A stretch of DNA of 64,000 nt, taken from positions 736,001 through 800,000 of the forward strand of contig OZ220733.1 in the NCBI GenBank assembly GCA_965116875.1, written 5' to 3'. This stretch comes from Candidatus Latescibacterota bacterium. Its GTDB lineage: Bacteria > Latescibacterota > UBA2968 > GCA-2709665. Both the position numbers and the translations under genes were made by a program. Positions 42,579 through 52,643 of the stretch are shown in pieces (positions within the stretch are counted from its first letter, which is position 1; each line of letters starts with the position of its first letter). The notes below the pieces were generated by a model. The model ran no database searches, had not been told where the DNA came from, and saw only the letters and a program-made list of their open reading frames with translations.

Positions 42579-44929
42579 TCATGCCCTTTGAGGACATCGA
42601 CTATGCGCCCTTTCTCATCCACGACGTAGATCGGTCCCTCAGCGACACAATCTCCCCAGTTCATCAGATGCTCCGCGACGGGCTTCGCGCCTGCCGGGTC
42701 GGGAAGCCTGTATTCGTCGGCCTGGCCGACGTCGACTTGGTAGCCGTGGTCGGCCAGCGACTGAATCGAAATCCTGCTCAAAGGAACGGGCTCTGCGAGG
42801 TCCGTCCTGAAGGTTGCTGTCATCAGTTCGTCGCCGAACACCGATCCTCTCCAATGACTGCTATCTCTCTCTGCAGGTACCTTTGGGCCGCTGTAGTTCC
42901 GCCCTCCCGCATCGTCGAAGGCTCGAATCGCCCGTGGGCCGGTGAAATACACGTCACGTGCTCCGTGCACAAGGTCCAGTGATTCCCATACCGTCCCGAT
43001 CCCAAGCACGTGCCCCATCTCATGCAGGACTACGCCCGAAAGAAGGGTCTCAGACATCCACTCCAGGTCGTCCCTGTCGATGGCGATCACACCGATCTTC
43101 GTAACCACGGTACCCCGACTTCGATTTCTTTTGACAATGCGCGTTCCTCCTCTGCCAAGCGTGCCCCTGGCGCCGTCGATGTCCCCGATACCAACGAAGA
43201 TCCGCAGGTCATCCACAGTATCGTCGACGAATATTCGTGCATTCAGAAGATCGTCCCACCTGTCGAGCGGATTATCCGAGAAGTCGCTGTCCGAAATGTC
43301 TCCGGTAATGATGGACATCCAGCGTGCGGCAGCCTCGTGGAATAACGCCTTCTGGGACGCGTTGTATCCGTCGCCTGAAGAGCTTTCGACGAAGACGATC
43401 TCGATACGGAAGGGAGACGCCGCGACGGTAACGGCCACCGCGCTCGAGCAGTTGTTTCCGGTATCGGATTCACCCGTGACCGCATCCACACAGGCGCCGT
43501 AGTAGTATGCGCCGGCGGACGATGGCGCCGTCAAACCGATGGACTCGGCAACGGTCCCCGATGCCGCAAGCCCCTGCACCGCAACCGAACCAACTTCCGT
43601 ATCGCGCCTGGAAATCGTCGCGTTCGGCGAACGGAAATAACGCAGCGTTGTCGAGGGCGCCTGAGCATTTCCGCGGTTCCGCACGGTCACATTGAGCGTG
43701 AAGGACTCCCCGGTCGTCAAAGCGCTGCCGCTCCCGGTGGGCGCGTCGAGTACAAGGTCCGGACTTCCACCGCTGGAAGTCGGGATCACCTTGCCGAAAT
43801 TCCTCGCGAAGATCAGAAAATCTGAGAATCCGATTTGCCCGTCGCCGTCCAGATCGAAACGCGCGTCAAACCCCGCGTCGCCCTGCCGTTCGCCGAATCT
43901 CGACGCAAATCGCACAAAGTCGGAAAACCCGACAGTCCCGTCGCCGTCAAAGTCCGGAGACGCAATCGCGTTGAACGTGATCGCGTTCGCCGTCGTCAGC
44001 ACCTCTCTTGACGTGGTACTCCCGGCAAGTGTAACCGTCTCGATGCCGATGGAGAATTCCCTGCCCGTTACATCCGCAATCGTCTCGAACTCGGCGCGCG
44101 CAAGAAAGCCGGACGGCGCAGGCGTTACCGGCGTACCGGACGCGAAGTTGACGCCAACGGACCCTTCAGGAAGCATCAGCGGAAACGCGCTGTTCTCGGC
44201 TTCGACGAAGGTCAGAAGCGACGCGTCAAAGTCAAACCTGAGGATCATGCCGATCAAAGGCGTTCTCACATCGGCAGCGAAAACCTCCACCGCGATGGTT
44301 GCTCCCGATCCGTTGACAATGCCTGACGTGACGCGATCGTCGATCCGGTTGCCCGCGCCGCCGCCCGGTATGAGGTCAAGCGACAGAGCATCGCTGCCGC
44401 CGGCTCCGGAATGCCTGGCATTGAACGCAATCACATCTGTCGTCGTAAGTACGTCGCTGGACGTGGTACTCCCGGCAAGCGTAACCGTCTCGATGCCGAT
44501 GGAGAATTCCCTGCCGGTTACATCCGCAACCGTCTCGAATTCGGCGCGCGCGAGAAACCCGGATGACGTTAACGACACCGGCGTTCCGGACGCGAAGTTG
44601 GTGCCGATGGATCCTTCGGGAAGCGTCAACGGAAACGCGTTGTTTTCGGCCTTGACAAAGGACAGCACAGAAGCGTCAAAGTCAAACCTGAGGACCAGGC
44701 CGATCAGGGGCGTACTCACCCCTCTGGCGAATACCTCAATCGCGATCGTTTTCCCGTTTCCGGTAACCGTGCCTGAGACGACCCCGTCGTCGATCCGGTT
44801 GCCTGCTCCCCCGTCGGTAATCAGATCAAGTGTGAGTACCGCAGATGCATTGGGACCGGCAATGGCCTGACCGGCAAATGCAAGCGACGCAATCGCCACG
44901 AAAGCCAACAGAACCCGTCCTGGAAACAT
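42575..44929 (-). CDS. two cohesin-like + dockerin-like + CARDB + leishmanolysin-like zinc protease
   Basis: Duplicated IAVEVFA...LRFDFDAS.L.FV...FLARAEFET domain; DFDGDGTVGFSDF pair; VLHEMGHVLGIG, HWR...ELMT. Confidence 0.82.
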   Translation of the reverse strand: MFPGRVLLAFVAIASLAFAGQAIAGPNASAVLTLDLITDGGAGNRIDDGVVSGTVTGNGKTIAIEVFARGVSTPLIGLVLRFDFDASVLSFVKAENNAFPLTLPEGSIGTNFASGTPVSLTSSGFLARAEFETVADVTGREFSIGIETVTLAGSTTSSDVLTTTDVIAFNARHSGAGGSDALSLDLIPGGGAGNRIDDRVTSGIVNGSGATIAVEVFAADVRTPLIGMILRFDFDASLLTFVEAENSAFPLMLPEGSVGVNFASGTPVTPAPSGFLARAEFETIADVTGREFSIGIETVTLAGSTTSREVLTTANAITFNAIASPDFDGDGTVGFSDFVRFASRFGERQGDAGFDARFDLDGDGQIGFSDFLIFARNFGKVIPTSSGGSPDLVLDAPTGSGSALTTGESFTLNVTVRNRGNAQAPSTTLRYFRSPNATISRRDTEVGSVAVQGLAASGTVAESIGLTAPSSAGAYYYGACVDAVTGESDTGNNCSSAVAVTVAASPFRIEIVFVESSSGDGYNASQKALFHEAAARWMSIITGDISDSDFSDNPLDRWDDLLNARIFVDDTVDDLRIFVGIGDIDGARGTLGRGGTRIVKRNRSRGTVVTKIGVIAIDRDDLEWMSETLLSGVVLHEMGHVLGIGTVWESLDLVHGARDVYFTGPRAIRAFDDAGGRNYSGPKVPAERDSSHWRGSVFGDELMTATFRTDLAEPVPLSRISIQSLADHGYQVDVGQADEYRLPDPAGAKPVAEHLMNWGDCVAEGPIYVVDEKGRIVDVLKGHE

Positions 44930-45034
44930 CAGGTACACTCCCGGTCAGCTTGATGGTCGCCCGGCTGAAACCAAAGGGAATGGTTGACCCGGTACCGGAA
45001 AAAGCCACGCAGGATCAATACCACCCCATTGGTC

Positions 45035-45059
45035 GGGCGCCCACAAGGGACGCCCCAAC
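45035..45059. repeat. REP-like hairpin GGGCGCCCACAAGGGACGCCCC
   Basis: Reverse-orientation relative of 13033-13057. Confidence 0.5.
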
Positions 45060-45178
45060 AAAGCGGCGTATGATCTTGTAGCGCAAATGGCCAATTCTCT
45101 GTCCGGCGCGGCCGCCGGAAGGCGCTGGATCTGGTACCTGGAACCGGCAGTTCGCGGTGGGGTCAACGACGATGCGGC

Positions 45179-46261
45179 CTACGAGCCAAACGCATCCACA
45201 AATTTGAAAAAGTCAGCGAAATCCACAACGCCGTTGCCATCCAGGTCAAAGCGTGGGTCCGTACTGCCGTACGCGTCGGCGAAGAGGAAGAAATCCACGA
45301 AGTCCGTCCGGCCATCGCCGTTGAAGTCAGTGGACGCTTCCGGTGGGGCTGCGTCCGGTTGCGGCATATTGTAGGCGTAGATTTTTTCATCCTCGTCGTC
45401 CGCGACCCACATGGTCCTTCCATCCGACCAGATACCGGTCGGCTCGTCGTTTCCGGCGGCGTCCAGCGTGTTGAAGTCCTTCGCCGGGACACGCCTTCTG
45501 GTCGTCATGTCATAGGCATACAACTTTTCGTCTGATTGGTCCGCCACCCACATCGTCGTGCCGTCCGACCAGATGCCCTCCGGATCGTCGTTTCCCGCGG
45601 CGTTCAGCCGATTGAAGTCTTTGCTCGGATCCCGTACCCTCGTGGCCAGGACGTACGCGTAAATCTTGTCGTTGTCTTCGGTAAACCACAACCCCTGCGC
45701 GTCGTCCGCCACCCACATCGTCGTGCCGTCCGACCAGATACCCTTTGGCTCGTCGTTTCCAGCGGCGTCCAGCGTATCGAAGTCCCTGGCCTCGACACGC
45801 TCCCTGGTCGTCATGTCATAGGCATACAACTTTTCGTCAGATTGGTCCGCCACCCACATCGTCGTTCCGTCCGACCAGATGCCCTCCGGATCGTCGTTTT
45901 CCGCGGCGTTCAACCGATTGAAGTCTTTGCTCGAATCCCGCGCCATCGTGGCCAGGCCGTACGCATAAATCCTGTCGTTGTTCTCCAAACCATCCACCCA
46001 CCTGTCCGCGTCGTCCGCCACCCACATCGTCGTTCCGTTCGACCAGAGACCGGTCGGCTCGTCATTTCCGACGGCGTCCAGCGCATCGAAGTCTTTGCCC
46101 GGGTTCCTGTCGCAACACGCCTCCAGGGCCATCTTCCGTAACGCGCCCACGTCGCCGTCGTTGCCACCACTACCCGCACGGGAATACACGAACGACGCGA
46201 GCATCACAACAACAGCGAGAGTCCATACGACCCATCTTCGCCGGGAAACGAAGTTCTTCAT
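45179..46261 (-). CDS. GIWS-repeat propeller + C-terminal dockerin-like domain
   Basis: Five repeats with an internal duplication of about 306 bp; paralogue of 38085..39434; AGGAGG RBS. Confidence 0.85.
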   Translation of the reverse strand: MKNFVSRRRWVVWTLAVVVMLASFVYSRAGSGGNDGDVGALRKMALEACCDRNPGKDFDALDAVGNDEPTGLWSNGTTMWVADDADRWVDGLENNDRIYAYGLATMARDSSKDFNRLNAAENDDPEGIWSDGTTMWVADQSDEKLYAYDMTTRERVEARDFDTLDAAGNDEPKGIWSDGTTMWVADDAQGLWFTEDNDKIYAYVLATRVRDPSKDFNRLNAAGNDDPEGIWSDGTTMWVADQSDEKLYAYDMTTRRRVPAKDFNTLDAAGNDEPTGIWSDGRTMWVADDEDEKIYAYNMPQPDAAPPEASTDFNGDGRTDFVDFFLFADAYGSTDPRFDLDGNGVVDFADFFKFVDAFGS

Positions 46262-46312
46262 CGCCGCATTCCTCCTGTCACGATTCATTCCCTCGACCAC
46301 GTCCAACTGCGT

Positions 46313-48883
46313 TCACGACCCGAACGCATCGACGAACCTGAAGAAGTCAGCGAAATCCACGCTGCCGTTTCCATCGAGATCAAAGCGGGGGTTCGTGCTG
46401 CCGTACGCATCGGCAAAGAGGAAGAAGTCAATAAAGTCCGTCCTGCCGTCGCCGTTGAAGTCGGTTGCGGCCGCAGTGGGCAGGGCGACCGGCCGCTGCG
46501 AACCCATGTCGTCGGCGTCAACGTCGCCGTCGCCGTCAAAGTCAACCCGAAGCGCGGGGTACTGGGAAGCAGTCCCGAAATCCCAGGGATCATCATTCGC
46601 GCTGTCACCGTCCAGGTCCAGATCCCAGGTGGCGTAGATGCCCCTGTACCCCGTGGGCATTTGCAACTCCGCCGTCGTCTTACCTGTACCGCCGTCACTC
46701 AGCGGCTGCCTGGAGGTCTCGGTATTCCAATAGCTACTGTTGACGTCGTTACTGCTGCTGTGGCTGACGGAGTCTCGACCCACGAGCCCGCCGACGTTGG
46801 TACCGACGCCCAAGCCCGAGACATCGCCGGTCGCGTAGCTAGCGATGACAATTCCTCCGCTTCCTCGGCCGGAACTTGCGTTTCGCCCCACCAGCCCGCC
46901 GACGTTGCTACCGTCCCAGCCCTTAATCCCACCGGTCGCGTAACTTACGGTGATTCTGGCTCCGCTGTTACCAATGGCAATGTTGTACCCCACCAGCCCG
47001 CCGATGTTGCCGTAGTCGGCCGAAACCTCAGCGGTCGCGTAACTTGCCGTGATGATGGCTCTGCTGTTGACGATGGCAGTGTTAAGCCCCACCAACCCAC
47101 CTACGTTTGCGTCGCCCCCTCCCGCCACCTCACCGGTCGCGTAGCTTGCCGTGATGATGGCTCTGGCGCTGTCGACCGCAACATTGGACCCGACCAGCCC
47201 GCCAGCGCTGCAGCCGTCCAGGCACCCCACAGTCCCTGTCGCGTAGCTGGAGACGATGCTGTCAGTGTTGACCCCGACCAGCCCGCCCGAACTGCTGGAT
47301 TCACCGCCGCCCACAACCTCACTGGTAGCGTAGCTTGCAGTAATAATGCCTCTCTCATTGCCTGATTTTGCGTTTCGCCCCACCAATCCACCCGCACTAC
47401 AACCGTCGCTCAGGCACCCCACAATCCCCGTCGCGTAGCTGTCGGCAATGCTTCCGGTATTGTGCCCAACCAGCCCACCGATGTTGGATCTGTCGTGGCA
47501 CTTCGCCGAAACGATCGCATAGCTGTCGGCGACAACTCCGCGGTTCCTACCGACTAACCCGCCGACATTGGATTCAACCCCGCCCACGGCAAGCCCCGTC
47601 GCATGGCTGGCTACTATGCTGCCGGTGTTGAACCCCACGATCCCGCCGACGGACTGGTTTTCGCCCGAGCCGGTCACGGCCAGGTCGCGTACCTCCACAT
47701 TCCGTACCTGCCCGCTGGCTTTGACATACTCGAACAAGCCAATTCGTCCCGTCGAACGGCTGATGTACAGATTGGCGATGGTGTGGCTATTGCCCTCGAA
47801 CGTGGCTGCAAAGGCTTCTATGGGCAACCAGCCCGCGCCGCTGTTCCAACAGTTGTCGTCCGCATCCACGGCCCCATCGCTGTTCGTATCGAATTGCAGG
47901 TCGGCGTTCAACTCGTACCCCAGGCAGTCGTTATTATCGGCATCGTCTGCCGTGGTGGAACAGCCCATACCCGCTGCGGCACTTGGGAATGCGGTAGCGT
48001 AGGCGGCCGAATCGGCAACGTCATCCACGGCGCCGTCGCCGTCCCGATCCCATCGGACGGCGTTCAACTGTGCCAGGCTGCCGATTTCAATCAGCCCGTC
48101 GCCGTCGCTATCGTATGAGATTTCAGATGCAGTTTCGATTGCCGTGCCGTTCACACGGATCATCAGCGCACCGTCAAATGGAGTCCATTTCGCGCCCGTG
48201 GCTGGCTGCAATTCCAGGCGCCCATCGCCAGTTTGAACGTACCGCACCCTATGTCTGGCGTTCAGCTCATTTCCTATGCTCCAATCGACCGACGCACCGC
48301 AGTGCTCGCCGTCTGAGGTTGTGTACAGGAGGTAATTGTCTTTGAATCGGTTCTGAATGACGAATTGAACATTGGCGCTGTTATCGAGCCAAACGACGTA
48401 ACTCGTGTTCGCGTGCAGGTTTATGCCGCCGACCGGCGCTTCGAAACTGTTCAACCCGCCACTCAAGTTCCCCGATTTCGTCAACTCCCCCAGGGTCGTG
48501 CCCCCCGGGACGCCGTTGTCGGACAGATTGATTTTGACGGACGGCTTGACGCTGGGGACATCGAGACTGTTTTCGATTTCGACCTCGATGCTCGTCAACC
48601 TGTAACCTGCGGTGTGGCTGCCGGTCGTGAACTCCTGGGCGAAATCGTTGGCAATCATGTTGTAGTTCCCGGTTCTCTGTCCGGTGTTACTTGCCAATAC
48701 TTGAGCGTACGCCGGTTGGGTGGCGTCTGGTGACAGGGCGACCACGACAAGCAGCCGCGCCACGAGGGCTACAAGGCGGGCGACGTGGCTCGATGAAGCG
48801 TCAGTTGACCTGTACGTCAGGCGGCGACGGAGATGCCGGGTCAGTGTGTGGAAACGAAGCGCTCTAACGCCAGAGATATTCAT
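46313..48883 (-). CDS. secreted GLUG-repeat (beta-helix) protein with C-terminal dockerin-like domain
   Basis: Many VGGLVG.N...I.ASYATG repeats; DYDxDxDGLIEI-like segment; terminal EF-pair; start uncertain. Confidence 0.82.
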   Translation of the reverse strand: MNISGVRALRFHTLTRHLRRRLTYRSTDASSSHVARLVALVARLLVVVALSPDATQPAYAQVLASNTGQRTGNYNMIANDFAQEFTTGSHTAGYRLTSIEVEIENSLDVPSVKPSVKINLSDNGVPGGTTLGELTKSGNLSGGLNSFEAPVGGINLHANTSYVVWLDNSANVQFVIQNRFKDNYLLYTTSDGEHCGASVDWSIGNELNARHRVRYVQTGDGRLELQPATGAKWTPFDGALMIRVNGTAIETASEISYDSDGDGLIEIGSLAQLNAVRWDRDGDGAVDDVADSAAYATAFPSAAAGMGCSTTADDADNNDCLGYELNADLQFDTNSDGAVDADDNCWNSGAGWLPIEAFAATFEGNSHTIANLYISRSTGRIGLFEYVKASGQVRNVEVRDLAVTGSGENQSVGGIVGFNTGSIVASHATGLAVGGVESNVGGLVGRNRGVVADSYAIVSAKCHDRSNIGGLVGHNTGSIADSYATGIVGCLSDGCSAGGLVGRNAKSGNERGIITASYATSEVVGGGESSSSGGLVGVNTDSIVSSYATGTVGCLDGCSAGGLVGSNVAVDSARAIITASYATGEVAGGGDANVGGLVGLNTAIVNSRAIITASYATAEVSADYGNIGGLVGYNIAIGNSGARITVSYATGGIKGWDGSNVGGLVGRNASSGRGSGGIVIASYATGDVSGLGVGTNVGGLVGRDSVSHSSSNDVNSSYWNTETSRQPLSDGGTGKTTAELQMPTGYRGIYATWDLDLDGDSANDDPWDFGTASQYPALRVDFDGDGDVDADDMGSQRPVALPTAAATDFNGDGRTDFIDFFLFADAYGSTNPRFDLDGNGSVDFADFFRFVDAFGS

Positions 48884-49069
48884 GACCACGTTTCGAATTG
48901 CTGTGAAACCGGATAGAAGGGCGACGCTGCGTGCTGACAAGACTGGAATCAGCCAAATGCCATTATGGTTCTCTGTCACCGTCTTCATATTTCGGCTTCG
49001 CCTGATTGGCGCAATTGTGAAGATTGTTCAAAACGGGTTGGAAATCCGGTCCGTGGGAATCCCGAATTA

Positions 49070-49440
49070 TCGATTGGAACGACGACCCGAACGCGTCGGC
49101 GACAAGGAAGAAACCCACGAAATCCGTCTTTCCACCGCAGTTGAAGTCGGTCGCTGCCGGCGCCTGACCCTGGCCGCAGCAGGACAGATCGACCCGGTCA
49201 AGGTCGTTGTTCGCAATGTGCTTCAGCCCCGGCGGGATGCAACCTTTCAACTGGTTGGCAGAGAGATACAGGTGCGTCAGATTGGTCGGGCTATCAAGTT
49301 TCGCGGGAATGGGGCCGGTCAACTGGTTATCGGAGAGACTCAGCCTAGTCAAGCTTATCAGATTGCCAGGCTCCGCCCGTATAGAGCCGGGATTCGAGGG
49401 AACATACTTGCCACCGGACAAGCCAACGTTCACCGACGCA
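49070..49440 (-). pseudogene. degenerate LRR + dockerin 3' remnant
   Basis: LYLSANQLKGCIPPGLKHIANNDLDRVDLSCC..TDFNCGGKTDFVGFF: Ca-binding Asp residues lost, second EF-hand absent; similar to the end of 52644..57761. Confidence 0.75.
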
Positions 49441-49554
49441 TTACCAGGAGCGGAAAATAGCTGACATTCATTGCTCCTCAGGCGGTGGAAAGGAACGTGC
49501 CCGGGAGGGGACGCTGCGTGGGTTGCGCCTGTCGAAACGAGCCTGCATGCATTG

Positions 49555-49645
49555 CCTGTGCTGCCTGCACTGAGCTTGCCGGAGTGCGCCTGGCGAAGTA
49601 AGCCCGTCGAATGGTCGAAGGCGCTGCCCTAAGCCTGTCGAAGAG
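49555..49645. repeat. cluster of degenerate CTGAGCYTGTCGAAG-type intergenic repeats
   Basis: CCTGCACTGAGCTTGCCGGAGTG and CTGCCCTAAGCCTGTCGAAG units. Confidence 0.4.
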
Positions 49646-49797
49646 GTCGGTGAACGGTGAAAGAGGCGCCGGAACGCGGGCGTTACAACAAGCGGGGAAC
49701 TGTCGCAAAATGCGACAGTCGTGGCAGGATGACCGGCACTCGCTTCAACGCAGCCGGGCGGATGCCTCTGCCAATGAGACCAATGGGCAATGCTGTT

Positions 49798-50223
49798 TCA
49801 GTCGATCGGGTTTGCGGTGAGAAACATGGAATTCGCCAGGGACGTGAAGAAATTCTGGTATATTACGGGTTCCCTGACCGGTTGGCCGTAATACGCATTC
49901 ATGCGCACCAACACCTGCGTCGTGCGTCTCTTACGAACGGTTACTGTTAATCGAATTGGATATTTGTCAATTCTATTGGCCGTGATCGTTCCAAGCGCTT
50001 CATCTGCTTTGTCAATAACAAAGCCGAAGTCCTGAAGTGTGGCTATAATGGCTCTAAGCGTCATATTCTCGTTTGTCGTATCGAATGCGCGGGTCTGCAT
50101 GCTCCGGATTTTCAGCTGGCTCTCTAACAATTCAACCCTCGGCGACTGCTTTGTTGATGAGGCGCAGCCGGATAGCGCAACGCATACTGCCATCATCGCC
50201 ATTAATTCGCTGGAAAGTCTCAC
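49798..50223 (-). CDS. lipoprotein, QTRAFD family
   Basis: Lipobox LSGC; RSMQTRAFD..LQDFGF.I..A...LG.ITA..YQNFF..L..SMFLTA. Confidence 0.8.
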   Translation of the reverse strand: MRLSSELMAMMAVCVALSGCASSTKQSPRVELLESQLKIRSMQTRAFDTTNENMTLRAIIATLQDFGFVIDKADEALGTITANRIDKYPIRLTVTVRKRRTTQVLVRMNAYYGQPVREPVIYQNFFTSLANSMFLTANPID

Positions 50224-50363
50224 GTCGGTATTCCCTTGCTGTGACTTGCAGAATGACTATCAGAAGCGGAAATAGCTGGCTTTCCTGGCTCTACTGCATC
50301 GGAGGATACAACCGAAATATGACGCCCCCCGTGATTTGTCGTCAAGACCGACTTTGGTACGGT

Positions 50364-50789
50364 TCAATCTACCTCATGTGCGGTCAGAAACATCGATTTT
50401 TCCAGGACGGTAAAGAACTTCTGATAAACTGACGGATTTTCGACTCCTTTAGTGTTGTATTCCATATTCGCGCGCACCAACAACTGTGTTTCATTCCTTC
50501 GGCGCACTGTAACTGACACTTGCAACCCATCTGACACTCTCGCGGCGCTTACCATTCCAAGCGCTTTGTTTGCGTCACCCACCATAAAGTCGAAATCCTG
50601 AAGCGTGGAGATTACCGACCTGAGCACTTTTATCTTATCCGTGGAGTCGAATGCACGGGTCTGAATGTTCCGCAGCCTGACTTGACTTGTATCCATCGTC
50701 ATCAGTTGCCTGTTGGGCGTTGCACATCCGGACAATCCGAATAGCATCGCGGTGGCAATTGAAGCCGTTAACATCCTGCGACGTGTCAT
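50364..50789 (-). CDS. lipoprotein, QTRAFD family
   Basis: Lipobox LSGC; same motifs; ends SMFLTAHEVD. Confidence 0.8.
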   Translation of the reverse strand: MTRRRMLTASIATAMLFGLSGCATPNRQLMTMDTSQVRLRNIQTRAFDSTDKIKVLRSVISTLQDFDFMVGDANKALGMVSAARVSDGLQVSVTVRRRNETQLLVRANMEYNTKGVENPSVYQKFFTVLEKSMFLTAHEVD

Positions 50790-50871
50790 TCTTACCGTTC
50801 CTTTCAGAACGCTTCCCCGTATCTGTATTGGGTGGGACAAGTACTGTATCCGGCTTGCATAGCGGAGACTT

Positions 50872-51321
50872 TCAGTCAACCTCCCGAGCCGTCAGAAAAA
50901 CCGATTTTTCCAGTACATTGAAGAAATTCTGGTATACGAGCGGTTTTTTTACAGCCTTCTGATTGTATTGCGCGTTCGCACGTACCAACAGTTGGGTCTC
51001 GCCCTTTGGACGAACCGTAACAGTGATCAGAAGGGGATACGTCTTCTTTTCGAACAGCTTGTACTTTATGTCTGTTGTACTGGCGCTGACCGTGCCGATC
51101 ACTTCATTCGCTTCGTTGACGATATAGCCCAGATCCTGAAGCGCGTATATTACGGTCCTGAGCATTTTTTCTTTATCCGTCGAGTCGAATGCTCGGGTCT
51201 GCATGGTTCGCAGATTGACCTGGCTTTCTTCCATCTTCAATAGATGCTCTTTTGATGACGTGCAACCGCAAAACACGACAAGTACGAGAATGGCAGCCGC
51301 AATTTGCCCGGTAGTTTTCAT
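50872..51321 (-). CDS. lipoprotein, QTRAFD family
   Basis: Lipobox FCGC; same motifs; ends SVFLTAREVD. Confidence 0.8.
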   Translation of the reverse strand: MKTTGQIAAAILVLVVFCGCTSSKEHLLKMEESQVNLRTMQTRAFDSTDKEKMLRTVIYALQDLGYIVNEANEVIGTVSASTTDIKYKLFEKKTYPLLITVTVRPKGETQLLVRANAQYNQKAVKKPLVYQNFFNVLEKSVFLTAREVD

Positions 51322-51920
51322 TTTTGTTGCCCTTCCAGAAACGCCGACTTTGACAAGAGATCGAAGAACTTTTGGTAGAATTCAGGCTCATCCAGGCTTT
51401 GGAGCCGATCCAGGTCGTCTTCCGTATTCCAGACAATCCGCTGAAACGTGACCCTCACATCGTGTGTTCTTTCGCCATTTCTCAATGCAGGACGGATAAC
51501 GATAGAGGCCCACAACTTTTGATAGTCGTCAACCGGAAATAATAGGGGGCCGTCCGGCTCCATGCCAAGCGCAGCAGCCATTCCATAGCCCAACCACATA
51601 AATGCTGTACCAAACACCTGTCCCACCCTCTGCTTTAAATCTGGATCTGCGTCTCGTTTTTTCGAGCCAACGATAAGTCCGAGGTTCGGTTCGCTCTCAT
51701 CGACAATGAATCCCAGGTCCTGAACCACGCCAGTCGCTGCCGAAAAAAGATCGGCTTCCGAAATTCCTTCGTATTTCCTTGTCTGCGAAGCCCGGTTCTG
51801 CAGCGATTCCGGCGTCAGCCTCAGGAGATGCGCGGGAAGACCACCCCCGCCGCCACAGCCTGTCAAAGTCACAGCCGCTATGACAAGTGGTATTGCTGAA
51901 CGGGTCCTTATATGGATCAT
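51318..51920 (-). CDS. lipoprotein, QTRAFD family, long variant with hydrophobic insert
   Basis: Lipobox LTGC; QTRKYE, VQDLGF, YQKFFDLLSKSAFL; 4-nt overlap with next gene. Confidence 0.8.
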   Translation of the reverse strand: MIHIRTRSAIPLVIAAVTLTGCGGGGGLPAHLLRLTPESLQNRASQTRKYEGISEADLFSAATGVVQDLGFIVDESEPNLGLIVGSKKRDADPDLKQRVGQVFGTAFMWLGYGMAAALGMEPDGPLLFPVDDYQKLWASIVIRPALRNGERTHDVRVTFQRIVWNTEDDLDRLQSLDEPEFYQKFFDLLSKSAFLEGQQK

Positions 51921-51980
51921 CCCTGGGGCTCCCGTGTTTCGTGGTTTGCAACCGATATTTCGATAATGGGTTTGTACTCT

Positions 51981-52418
51981 TCAGAACCGCGACGCGTGAT
52001 AGGAGAAGTCCCTCACCTTTTTGTTCTCGTCGAATTTTATGATCACGGTAAGCGTTCTCTGGGACGTCGATTCGGCTCCGGACTTTCCGGACAATTCGGC
52101 ACCCCTGACAACCCAATCGACCAGTCCGACAAGAATAAGAGATGGAATACCGGCCGTGCTGGACGAGTATGCCTTTTCTGTGGAAATCTTGTCATATATC
52201 CACACTTCCCGCCGCTCTTCGTCGGTCGAGACGACATTCGGCGATCCAAGAGCCTGCGCGACTTCGGCGCCGCTCATCCCGACCCTGATTTCCTTCTGGA
52301 CCACTCCCACGGTCATCCGGTCGCCCTCATCATCCCGCACAGACGATCGGTGATGCTGCGCCACCATACACCCCGACAGGGTCAGTACCGTGATTGCCGA
52401 TACCAGATAGGCTTTCAT
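51981..52418 (-). CDS. SmpA/OmlA (BamE-like) lipoprotein
   Basis: Lipobox LSGC; IRVGMS.AEVAQALGSPN..WIY, LTVIIKFDEN.KV; AGGAGG RBS. Confidence 0.75.
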   Translation of the reverse strand: MKAYLVSAITVLTLSGCMVAQHHRSSVRDDEGDRMTVGVVQKEIRVGMSGAEVAQALGSPNVVSTDEERREVWIYDKISTEKAYSSSTAGIPSLILVGLVDWVVRGAELSGKSGAESTSQRTLTVIIKFDENKKVRDFSYHASRF

Positions 52419-52643
52419 GTTCGATTCCTCCTGTTTACATGCAGACGGTTTTACGCACGTCGAGTCAAAAGCGCGGCTTAACCCGGTCACGTGCGCTTAA
52501 GTACGTTTTGCGAGGTTTTTGTCATCTTTGGGTATGGTCATAAAGAACCGGGATTCATGACCCATTTAGGGAACGCCTGGACCTGGTCAACTCCCGATAT
52601 ACCGATGTTGACGAAAAACGTCAACCGCCATCCCGGAGGCGGC

